A DNA stretch of 45,940 bases. It comes from Nemertoderma westbladi. Its lineage: Eukaryota; Animalia; Xenacoelomorpha. The notes below the pieces were generated by a model, which had not been told where the DNA came from, made no database searches, and saw nothing but the letters and a program-made list of their open reading frames with translations. The stretch is from the NCBI GenBank assembly GCA_032718475.1, contig JAUCBJ010001662.1:1-45940 (forward strand), written 5' to 3'. Numbering within the stretch: the stretch's first letter is position 1; each line of letters starts with the position of its first letter. Shown here piece by piece: positions 35,275-45,940 of this stretch. The position numbers and the translations under genes were made by a program.

Positions 35275-37370
35275 AATAATCATTGATTATTAGAAGATTC
35301 ATTCTGATATTGGATCTGGAACTTCTAATGTCAGTAGTTGAGGAGGTGGTGTTGGCTCAATTGGCCATGATGATTCAGGTTCATATATGAATTCTGGACC
35401 ATTTAGGTAGAGAGAATTAGACTGAAGGTTTATTAAACTACTCCCACAGGAAGGTACATCAGCGGGATTTAACTCTGAGGGTACAAAGGTCTCCATTGGT
35501 AGGTTTCAGTTATGTTATTTATTTCAGTCACCCTGTTTAATACAAAGAGATCTCGTTTAGATGGGCCTTTATGAATCCATCCAAGTGCACACATAGAGTC
35601 ACCCACACACATATCCCAACCTTTGCCGTATTTCCATGAATTCTGGAGTATTAATCGGGATTGTATTGTCCAAGGGCACAGAAGACCATTAGGATCATAG
35701 ATCTGACCCTGCGATATCAGTAGTTCTCGACGAGTGAACAGAATTGGAATTGATACATTGGAAGTGTCTATATAAATCTCATCACTATCAATATTCCATG
35801 GAACTAAAGAAATCTTGGAAGGTTTTAAGACTTGACGAAGGTTCATACCAGCTAAACTAAAGATACTTATTGCTGATTGTAAAAACTCTATTGCTCTTTG
35901 TTTATTGGAATTACTATGTATCACATCATCACAATATAGTGATTTTAAAAGCTCTACAACGAATGCTGGAGGAGCTGTTGCAGTAGCATGGAACTGCACT
36001 GCACGGTTGAATTAAGAAGGAATGAGCTAGATGATACTCCGAAAGGAGTTCTCTTAAACTGATATGAAACATTATTCCATATAAACTTTACCTATTTTCG
36101 ATCGTCTGGGTGAAGTTCGATTTGATGGTAGGCAGCTTCTATGTCAGCTACAACTACATGTTTATAAAGACGAAAACCTAGAAATACATCAACAAGTGAT
36201 GCAAGAAGGTTCGGACCAGGATCTAGGCAGGAATTAAGACTGACTCCTGAAGTATCTTTAGCAGATCCATTAAAAACCACACGATATTTATTGGATATTT
36301 TCACTAAATGATTTGGAAGAAAAAAACCAATGTTATAGGAAGTTGTCACAGGCTCAATTATGTCATCAGCAAGGAGCTTTAACATTTTGGATGTATAGAC
36401 ATCATTTTCCTCAGAGTTTAGTTTTGAAGTAAAATGCTTCTGTTGAGCAAAGATGCGATTGTAATTGGAAACAGGATGCTGTAAACCCTTGAATGGTAAC
36501 CGAACTCTATAATGAGGTGGACAATCCTCTGAAACTGTAGGAGTTGGATATTGAATATGGTCAACTTCATGTTTTCGTATACCAACAGTTTCCAAATCCC
36601 AAAGTTGGGTAATATCCAGAGGTTCAGTTAAAAAGAGTGAAGGTGATACTTCATCCACTATACTACTTTGAGCTTATTTGCTACAATATCAATTTTTCCC
36701 CTGATTCTCTTGCTTTTTTCCATCCTCTTCACTTTGAATTGCCTGTTCCTTTCTTATCGCTGGATGTGTATCAGGTTAGATATAGACATTGGCAGTTTCG
36801 GGTGTATTTGCCAGATCCGCCCATTTTTCTAGGACTTGACTTCTCTCGCATCTCCGTCTAGAGACAAAACTGACGTAAGATCGCACAATGTTGTGGTTTA
36901 CCTTTACCAGCACCCTAATCATTCATTTTCTTAGATTTCTTCTGTAGTAACTTGATCTCTTCTCTGGTAACTCTCCAAGCATGTGCACATATGAAATCGC
37001 ATTCATCACTTCCACATCGGAGCATAAACTCAGCAGTAGAGCGTCAATGTTGCTGTCCTCACATAACTACCCTGCATGAAATCATCCTGCTCGGGAATGC
37101 CATGAATAATTCGTTGCTTACTGCAGCATTCAATGTCCATGATGTCGAGTAATCGTTTGTGATTTTCAACTGTTTACCTCATATAAGCAATATCATAGGT
37201 TTAACACCACGCGTTGGAGTTTTTAATTTTCCTGCTGAAGCAAGTCGATTTCAGATATACGACCCTTAACTTAATCTACATCATGTTTTATTTTCCGGAT
37301 ATCATTTATTAAAGCCACAATTTGATCCTTCGGATCAGAAGGGATGGTGTCTAAGGGAGGAGTTTTTGGT
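35275..37370 (-). mobile_element. Decayed BEL/Pao pol fragment
   Basis: LWDLETVGI, RVVFNGSAK...SLNSCLDPGPNLL, ADIEAAYHQI, LYCDD, YDPNGLL, VPSELNPAD, GPEF, in frameshifted pieces. No LTR identified. Confidence 0.85.
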
Positions 37371-37393
37371 CTATAGTATAACTATCAAATTAG

Positions 37394-37957
37394 GCGCTGC
37401 ACCTATACGAACCTTCATGTTGGCTCCAGAATATAATTCTGGAAGCCCCACTGCTTGCAGCACTATAAATGTATGTAGCACTCCTACGTACCTTTATGTT
37501 GGTTAGTATTACTACTATACTACAATAATCGGCCTGCTGCATTGAAGATGAACATTGAGATGCTATCCTGGCAACAAAATATTTTTGCCACCACCATGCA
37601 ATCCACAATTGACATGCCCCAATAAAGTGTGCATTAAGAATGCTATGTCGGTTGTTTATGTTGGTTCGCTACAATTTTATTCTGGAAGGTGATGGCCCAA
37701 TGTTTGCAGCACTATTAATCTTCGCTGCACCCATATGTACCTTCATGTTGGCCCCAGAATATAATTCTGGAAGCCACAACGTTTGCAGCACTATTAACCT
37801 ACCCTGCACCCATACGTACCTTCATGTTGGCCCCATAATATAATTCTGGGAGCCCCAACGTTTGCAGCACTATTAATCTACGCTGCACCCATACGTACCT
37901 TGATGTTGGCCCCAGAATATAATTCTGGCAGCCCCAACGTTTGCAGCACTGTTAATG
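37394..37957. repeat. 79-bp minisatellite (about 3.3 tandem copies at 37700-37957 plus a detached copy near 37394)
   Basis: CGCTGCACCCATACGTACCTTCATGTTGGCCCCAGAATATAATTCTGG... starts at 37723, 37802 and 37881. Confidence 0.85.
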
Positions 37958-39167
37958 TACACGGCATCCACAGTTATAGTACAACTCGTTGCTCCATTGA
38001 TTTCAGGGTCTATTGGATACGAATGGATTTCCCTAAATGATAATAATACCAACATACAAATATAGTTTAAAATTATAATATAATATAGTATAAACAGGAT
38101 TAAACCTTAGTAAACACAGTATGAAAATATTAATAATAATTAAATTGAAAATGTACCTAATAGATTGATCCTTTTTCGGATTTAAAATAGGTTATGTCAG
38201 TAAGTTTGTATAATTAACTAACTATTTAATTTGTGTTGTTGATTATTGTTGTGTTGCCGCATTATAACATACATTGGGTGTAGAGTGTAAGTGTAGTGTA
38301 ATCGGCTATTTACACTCCATTCTACACCGAGTGCAGGTGTTGGTGTAACTGGCTACACCAGTTGTCTCACGTTGTCTCACGTTGTGAGAGTGAGTGTATA
38401 TTGGTTTATAGGACTTACCAGGTAACCTATATTGGATTTATTTTGGGACTGTTGTAAGTGTTGGTGTGACTGGCTACACCAGTCCGAGTGTAACTCGAGA
38501 GTTGGGTGTAAGTGTTAACACTCGCTGTAAATGTAAAGTTCAGTGTTAAATTTGGGTGTAAGTGGATCGGGTGTAGAATTCCTGAAAGTTACACCGAAAT
38601 TTAACACTTAAAGTGTAAATCAAGGGGATTTACACTTTTTTTACCAGGGTGCAAAACATCAAATAATGGAAGTAACTCGCCACATTATTCAGCCACCGCA
38701 CATTTGCACTTAGTACATACACGCACACTACTTCTAGGTTTATGTTATTGTAGCTCATTTGGGACCATAATAGCTCACCTTCGGTCATTGTGCCTCAGAG
38801 TAGCTCGTTGTAAGTCATATGTTAGATCATTGTAGCGTAGCTCGTTTAGGTCATTTGAGATTTTAGTATACGTACTTCTTGAACGGGTTACCTGCTTTGT
38901 TTTACTTTCGGTTCCCACTACTGCAGTGTGTTTGTTGTAGGCACACAGTACTCTGCTTCCTGCAGTTACGGTGATTATATTACTATTGTACTTCCTCTTT
39001 TGTTGTACCAGCATGGAATACTAAATTAATTTAGTATTAGATGGTTCTGGTAAGGATCTAACTAGCCGCATAGGCATACTCTACCCATATATTTTCGTTT
39101 CACTACGAGGCATATACCGGTAGTTTGATTGTGTAATATTACAGTACTTAGGCCTGTGCCAACAACT

Positions 39168-42050
39168 CTAAAATAAACTTAGGACAATACCGGTACAAAG
39201 TAAAAGAAACTTATAGTTAGACATGGCGGATTTAGATCTACGTGGGCTAGGACTCCTGTGTTGGATCTTCTGCGGGTTTGAAAGGCTAGGAAAAGGTACG
39301 ACTGGCGTTTTACAAAGTCTGCTTGAGCTCAAACCAAGCAATCCTTGTCCAACTCCAGGTGTTCGTCTAATCGGATCGGATTTGGATGGAGTATCGGTAA
39401 CGCATTGAGGGAGTTTAGGAAGTGGAATCGAACTGTCCACCAACACATCGCTCTCAGAAGTCATCTGAGCTCTCATGGGTTCGAGTAAAGGGTATCCTGT
39501 TCCTCCTGGTGGTTCTCTAGAAAGAGCAATGGTATCTCGGGTAATCCTTATTTGCGATTCGGGTTTTCCTCTTTCCACAATTTTAATTGTCCTCTTAACG
39601 TCTTGTCCCATTTTCTGGGATCTAAGTATACAATGTTGAGCATCCTCTCGAGGATGTCGCATCAATGGGTCCAATGGACTGGCTTTAACTTTAGTTTCTT
39701 GTAAAATCTCCTTGGCGTCAAGTATACCGGGTTTCACTTGCTTGTTGTAGAATGTGCATCGGTAGGCCCAAGAGATAGTATACCACGCTCCTCTATTGCG
39801 TTGTTCAACTCGCAATCGATCGAACTCTCTAGCAGTAATGCAATTAACTACAGTATGGAAATTCCATGTATTCTTATTATCCGGGTGGATCTGGAGAAAA
39901 TAATCTCGCACAACCCTAAATAAGCTATCCAGTCCAGAGGTAGGATATCAACGACTTCCAACAGCTCGTCATATTGCGGCATCGCCGCTACATCAATAAT
40001 AATATAATAATATCATAATCAATTATATATGATAACCAAGGGGTTCACGGCCCAGAATCAAAGGTGCACCCCAAAGGTACATCCCGAAGTTGGCATTCTG
40101 AGGCTCAGTGGCCCTTAATGTTGCAATAAGACTACTGCGCGATGAAGCGCCATCATGTGTAGAATGAGTGAGATCCATAATCTCCACACCAGTTGCAAAC
40201 TAAGTCCACCAAAGATATGTATTTAGCTCCACATTTCTTTGCGTGGTGCACCGTAGCTCCACAACTTCCACATATAGTATTCGCAGGATACCAAACGCGT
40301 TTGTAAACTAAGTCCCCAATAGATCGAGCTCTACCATCCACATGATAATCATAATCATTGGGATCGGTTGGTATATTCGTCTCCATGGATTGTACACAGA
40401 CCATGTTTGGTCTTCGGTTTGTTTTGGTCTTCGGGGGTTCAGTTTGTGTCTTCCTCGGAAGATTCTCCTAAATAGCAATAATTTGCCTCAGCGGCTCGTA
40501 GATTACCGTGAACTCGGTCGAATCACTCACTCATCAGGGTGATGAATAGTAGGCACACTCGCCTTCCGCGATTCTTCCAGGTCCATAATCTCCACGTGGC
40601 GTTCCCCTTCATTGGGTACTAATGTGAACATCAATGGTCTGTAGACGAGAAATCCCTCATATAGACGATATACTTCATGAAAGATACTGAAGCCCGCATG
40701 TGTAAGAGCATCACAGTGAGCGTCGGTGTTGTAAAACGGGTGAGGGAATCGACAAAACACATCGGTATACATTCTCCCTCCTTCATAGATTGTATGTCCT
40801 TCTCCGAGGCATAATGGATGTCGCTTTAGAGTCCTAGATACTATATCAGCAATGAAACACATGTTAACCAATGACTCTATAGCCTGATAGTATTGTAAGA
40901 TTATCTGTGGAGGTGAAGTAATGCCCCAATATACGCATCATCTCCTCTTCAATTGAGACTCGAACTCGTTAACATTAGGCGTATCACCTTTTCCATATAT
41001 ATCCGTATATTTATTCCTCTTGCTTTCCTTTTAGTCCCAACTAAACATAAAATACGAGATGTATCCCATCCCTGTCTTTTGGGTGTTGTACTCCTGGAAG
41101 TATCCTTGCTCTATAGACCAGAGCAAAAGTCATCGCATTACATCGCATGCCATCGAGTTGTCTCCTACGGCATCGGTATCTTCTTGTCGTTCCTGAAGAC
41201 ATGTAATACTCTGTCTGGTACTCTAATTTGAATGATTTTCGAGATGAGGCTCTGCTGATGGCCTTCTCATCCTGAAGCGGATGGGTTTCACCGACCAGTT
41301 AGTCACGATATCGGTATCGGATTCAAACGTGCTGACTCAGATCCATAAATGGATTGTTCTCGTTAGGTACACCCTCAAGAGACAAGGCGCGATATCAACT
41401 TCCTTAAAGTCTGTAATATGTGGAGGTACGTTATGCACAATCTTCTGCACTATTACCCTCCGTAAATTCGAAGCTTCTACCACATCGCTGAACGTTACCG
41501 ATGGGATAAAATCTAGGTTCGATATAATCTCGGGATGTTCCACTATTGGGATTTTGTAAGTGGTGTCCGTGCGGGTTGGAATACTAATAGGGAAGTTAGA
41601 TATCCTCGCAATTGGTGCTACCGCTTGAGTATGGTATGGATGAGGTTCTCGCGTCATTCCTATATGAGGTATCTGTAGTCTTTGTGACAATCATTGAGCA
41701 TAGATAATGCTATTGAAAAGTCGGGTGTCATCTCTTTCTTCTCAGTTTGGTCGTGAAAGATCCAGTAGAATGATAGGCTCGCGAGCCTTCCGCCAAACTC
41801 TTCGATCTCACCCTTCTTATATGCCTTGTATGCTCTATACAAGCTAAGAGCTTCTCTCTTTTTCTGTATTGATTTGTTCACTCCATCTATTATCATTCTG
41901 TAAACAAATGGCTCGACAGTTTTTGGTTCATAGACCACGATTTCACCTGCATTTGGTCTGCTCATCTTAAACGAGTGGTATGGATTCATCAAAGGATAGC
42001 CACCTTCTTGATAGCACAAACTCTGGTGATTTGAGGATCATGCTAGTAGC
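39168..42050 (-). pseudogene. Long decayed intronless ORF with an exonuclease-like region and CCHC zinc knuckle(s); unclassified element
   Basis: Consecutive minus-strand ORF pieces. 40870-41340 reads IIQIRVPDRVLHVF....IP / KTGMGYISYFMFSWD*K...NKYTDIYG...YWGITSPPQIILQYYQAIE. CGSCGATVHHAKKC and CNWCGDYGSH lie in 40153-40404. Confidence 0.45.
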
Positions 42051-42929
42051 GGTTCGGGATTCTACGGGTTTATATCGTTATATATATATCTATATATATA
42101 TATATATATTTATATCGTTATATCGTTATATCGTTTATATCGCGATATATCGTTACGTTTATATCGTTACACAATTGTTACGTTTATTTATGTTACGCCT
42201 ACTAGAGGGAGCACAACAGATGTTAGATGTGAGGAGACTTAGAGGTTTCGTCGGCTTTTGGCTCCACTTCGCTCTAAACTCCTACCCGTAGCCCAAGATT
42301 CAGGGTTTGCTGCAATTTCACACAAAATTTCCAAAAATGTGCCGATAAAAAATAATTCAGGCAAACTGGCTGTGAGTCTAAAATACTCATTTTTTAATCC
42401 TAAACTACTTCCCATAAAAATAATCCAGTCAAGAATTAGTCAAAGTAAAATTTAGTAGACACGACTATTGGAAACAACGCCTTATTATATTTTTGAAAAA
42501 TTGGAAGGCTCACGAGACTTCCATCCACTCTTGTCCCACCCCCCCCCCCCCCCCCCCTTTTTTTTTAGTCCCACCCAACCATATCTTAGAATGCGTCCAC
42601 TGGAGAATCAATTTTCCTAAAAAATTATAATCCAAATGGATTGTCTAAAATTTTTAAAAAATTTGTCTCACTTGTGGGTTCCAAGTGGAATTCCATTCCT
42701 TTGTACACACAAAACCGCTCCTATATGATACATAAGGGTACTACCCTCATCTTCACATATAAAGACAATGGAATTCCACCGCTGTCTTTAACCTACAGTG
42801 TACAGGAATATGGAAGGGTTATGTAGCGACCATCAAAGGTCCCACATCTCTACTTACGTGGTTTGCTTGGAGATTTATAGTATCCAGTCTCGTTTCGAGT
42901 CTCCTCAAGGAGTACAAGATGTTGTATGG

Positions 42930-44204
42930 GTCTGTCTACAGTACGTCCAGAATTGTACATACAGTCACATTTCGCATTACACCATCTGATGATGAGTGTG
43001 TGGTCAAAATGACTCAAGTCAACCAAAACTGACTTTTCAAGTTTTCTCTTCTAAAAGTACATGGTCTTAAAGAGCGGATGGTAAGATACCAAGTGGTTCT
43101 GGTTGAAATAGAGGCCAAATAATATTTCTGCCATATTTCCCAAAACTTTTTGGCTAGCAGTTGAGTGATTTTCCACACTTTTTTACTGTAACTATCACTG
43201 TCTACTGTTATAGAGGTAGGTCACAGTGTAGTCGGCTCCTGCATAAGCAGGTGCACTGGTGTCAAAGCATACTGAGATTGTTTGTCGTCGGGAACCAAAG
43301 CGATTGGTCTAGTGTTTAGAATCACCTCCTCGATTTCGATCAACAAAGTGGTCAATTGGTCGTCTGTCAATATGCGTTGCACAGGTATTACTTTTACTAA
43401 GGCCATTTTGATAGATCCAATCAGCCTTTCCCAGACTCCGCCTCTCCATGGACTATCTGAAGGGTTGAAGTTCCAGACAATATTGTGGGGACGAAGTTCA
43501 TCTGAAATATGATTGTGATCTAACTTTTTTAAGGCTCTGGCAATTTCGTTCCGTGCACCTAAAAGTTTGTACCTTTGTCGCAATGTATGGATTTAACTAG
43601 TCCACATCTGGCAATAAATCGCCGCAAAGCCAGGATAAAAGCGTTGGTGGATAAATCTGTTACGCGTTCAATGTGAACTGCTCTACTGACCATGCAGGTA
43701 AAGATCAATCCCCAATGTTTCACCTGTACGCGTCCGGCTGTACGGGTCTAAACGCTTGTAGTCTAGCTAGTGGTAGTTCACTCATTTCTTGGCATCCTAT
43801 CCTAGCATGTACCTTCTTACAGATGATACAGTTGCGCGTCACTGAACTCAAAGCCTTACTGGGTCTAATAAATACAAACCTTGAATGCAAGTGAGATAGA
43901 CAGTGGTGTCTTCCTACGTGTTTAAGTCATATATGTGTGTCCAGTATCATAGCACGCTGTAATTCATGATGTTGCGGTATAATGATACCTAAAGTCAACG
44001 TTTTGGAGCCCGGACTTATGACAAAGTAAGCCTTTGTATATTATCGAACTCCAACTCAGTATTGGTGAAGACTTAATCTGTTTACCTTGATTGATTGATG
44101 TGAATTCTCGTGCGAAATATCGCAATTCATAATTTCGAATAGTATCAATCTCACAACTATCCATCTTAGTCAAGGTTAGTCTACATGGAAAGTCACGTTT
44201 GCCT
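42930..44204 (-). mobile_element. Decayed BEL/Pao integrase fragment
   Basis: FILALRRF, WNFNPSDSPWRGGVWERLIGSIK, LIEIE..LNTRPI...ALTPVHLL. Cut off at about 44204 by the tandem array. Confidence 0.85.
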
Positions 44205-44558
44205 TTATCAGATGTTGACAACTACGACTTTAGAGGGATTGTAATATTCATATTAAAACAATAAAATAGGACATGGGGTCTATTCCCTCAGATACTACCT
44301 AGCATTTAGGGCCACTTGGGCCACTGTTAGTACTCAGGCACTAGGCCCATCAAAAAACACAAAACAAAATACCAAATCGATTTTAGTGCTACATAAACCC
44401 AACCCAACTACCACAAGAAAAATTGCACCAAACCATACAGTAACTACAGGTTCCGGTAAGTATTGCACAAAATAGGCTATCCCATAAATTACGAAAAATA
44501 TAGGACATCTTGTCCGCCGAAAAAGGTAAGTCTAAGTAATAAATTTTATAGAAATAAA

Positions 44559-44630
44559 AGGGTTTCGGAGATTTAAACACTGAACCCTGGGATTCGTGGT
44601 TCTCCTCATCAGCAGTGTGCCACGAACCCC
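44559..44630 (-). ncRNA. Hammerhead ribozyme, non-circularly permuted (copy 1)
   Basis: Minus strand GGGGUUCGUGG-C-ACACUG-CUGAUGA-GGAGA-A-CCACGAAUCCC-AGGG-UU-CAGUGU-UUAAA-UCUCC-GAAA-CCCU. Invariant core CUGAUGA/GAAA/NUH with perfect stems I (6 bp), II (5 bp), III (4 bp + A-U) and an extra 11-bp helix. Confidence 0.8.
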
Positions 44631-45236
44631 ACCTCTACCCTAACAAAACTGCACCACTAAATGAAGACAATGACCAATAAATTAGAAATCCTACCGTACC
44701 ACCGAACAGAGTTGAAACCACCCACCCCCAATGTATGTTACCATCAGCCCCAAATGCATAAACATGATTTCCCAACTGAATGCAACCAACCCCAATTAGC
44801 ACCTACCGGTATGTACAGATATATGATCAGATTTTTAAACAAAATTGCGCAGATGTCAGGAAATACCCCTTTAAATATATAATTATCAGATGTTGACAAC
44901 TACGACTTTAGAGGGATTGTAATATTCATATTAAAACAATAAAATAGGACATGGGGTCTATTCCCTCAGATACTACCTAGCATTTAGGGCCACTTGGGCC
45001 ACTGTTAGTACTCAGGCACTAGGCCCATCAAAAAACACAAAACAAAATACCAAATCGATTTTAGTGCTACATAAACCCAACCCAACTACCACAAGAAAAA
45101 TTGCACCAAACCATACAGTAACTACAGGTTCCGGTAAGTATTGCACGAAATAGGCTATCCCATAAATTACGAAAAATATAGGACATCTTGTCCGCCGAAA
45201 AAGGTAAGTCTAAGTAATAAATTTTATAAAAATAAA

Positions 45237-45308
45237 AGGGTTTCGGAGATTTAAACACTGAACCCTGGGATTCGTGGTTCTCCTCATCAGCAGTGTGCCA
45301 CGAACCCC
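45237..45308 (-). ncRNA. Hammerhead ribozyme, non-circularly permuted (copy 2)
   Basis: Identical to 44559-44630, offset by 678 nt. Confidence 0.8.
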
Positions 45309-45916
45309 ACCTCTACCCTAACAAAACTGCACCACTAAATGAAGACAATGACCAATAAATTAGAAATCCTACCGTACCACCGAACAGAGTTGAAACCACC
45401 CACCCCCAATGAATGTTACCATCAGCCCCAAATGCATAAACATGATTTCCCAACTGAATGCAACCAACCCCAATTAGCACCTACCGGTATGTACAGATAT
45501 ATGATCAGATTTTTAAACAAAATTGCGCAGATGTCAGGAAATACCCCTTTAAATATATAATTATCAGATGTTGACAACTACGACTTTAGAGGGATTGTAA
45601 TATTCATATTAAAACAATAAAATAGGACATGGGGTCTATTCCCTCAGATACTACCTAGCATTTAGGGCCACTTGGGCCACTGTTAGTACTCAGGCACTAG
45701 GCCCATCAAAAACACAAAACAAAATACCAAATCGATTTTAGTGCTACATAAACCCAACCCAACTACCACAAGAAAAATTGCACCAAACCATACAGTAACT
45801 ACAGGTTCCGGTAAGTATTGCACGAAATAGGCTATCCCATAAATTACGAAAAATATAGGACATCTTGTCCGCCGAAAAAGGTATGTCTAAGTAATAAATT
45901 ATTTTATAAAAATAAA

Positions 45917-45940
45917 AGGGTTTCGGAGATTTAAACACTG
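45917..45940 (-). ncRNA. 3' portion of a third hammerhead copy, cut by the window edge
   Basis: Minus strand CAGUGU-UUAAA-UCUCC-GAAA-CCCU. Confidence 0.65.

Larger units (their letters stand above)
32200..35275 (-). mobile_element. Decayed, 5'-truncated Penelope-like retroelement (RT, Cys linker, C-terminal GIY-YIG; Neptune-like architecture)
   Basis: IVKGDKTGNVILVD...STYKRL, ALDVKDMYPSI, GLGIGGP, FVDE, FLDLDI...VYFKP...YNSFH, HCLTC...FNC.SVNVLYLLTC....FYIGQT...R..H. Stop at 32268-32270; element ends are approximate. Confidence 0.88.
44205..45940 (-). repeat. 678-bp tandem array of at least 2.56 units carrying hammerhead ribozymes; retrozyme-like
   Basis: Units start TTATCAGATGTTGACAAC at 44205, 44883 and 45561. 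Only about 3 substitutions were seen between units 1 and 2. The array runs to the window end. Confidence 0.95.

Noticed and set aside
40500-40550. CTGATGAG on the minus strand
   Set aside because: It lies at the end of an ORF fragment and has no downstream GAAA core.
44272-44350. GC-richer segment of the 678-bp unit with superficial twister-ribozyme words (UAACA...CCCAAG...UAAAUG)
   Set aside because: I could not build the P2, P4 and pseudoknot pairings. It may be structured, but a ribozyme call is not supportable.
44559-44641. Alternative canonical type III hammerhead fold using the upstream AGGGUA (44636-44641)
   Set aside because: Stem I would begin with a G-G mismatch and need a bulge, and this fold leaves the perfect CAGUGU/ACACUG pairing unexplained. 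Less favoured, but distinguishable by mapping the cleavage site.
44389-45938. Repeated 63-73 aa ORFs in the tandem array
   Set aside because: No recognisable domain; they recur only because the DNA is repeated.

Overview
AT-rich eukaryotic (animal, probably bilaterian invertebrate) genomic DNA dominated by nested transposable elements. Four symmetric phase-1 exons on the minus strand (LamG-like, LamG-like, TSP1, EGF) belong to a modular extracellular host gene whose introns hold many of the repeats. The repeats include a full-length BEL/Pao LTR retrotransposon with identical LTRs but a broken pol, two further BEL/Pao fragments, L2/CR1-group and RTE-group LINEs, and a Penelope-like element (RT + GIY-YIG) interrupted by a tRNA-derived SINE and a TA-target MITE. 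There are also piggyBac- and Kolobok-type TTAA elements, a 1.27-kb foldback, and two decayed intronless ORFs of an unclassified WRN/DnaQ-like exonuclease family. The most notable item is a 678-bp tandem array at the right end. Each unit carries, on the minus strand, a complete hammerhead ribozyme core whose three strands are in a non-circularly permuted order: the cleaved strand sits between the two halves of stem II, and there is an extra 11-bp helix. This points to a retrozyme-like element with an unusual pseudoknotted hammerhead. All calls come from reading the sequence by eye; no searches or folding programs were run.
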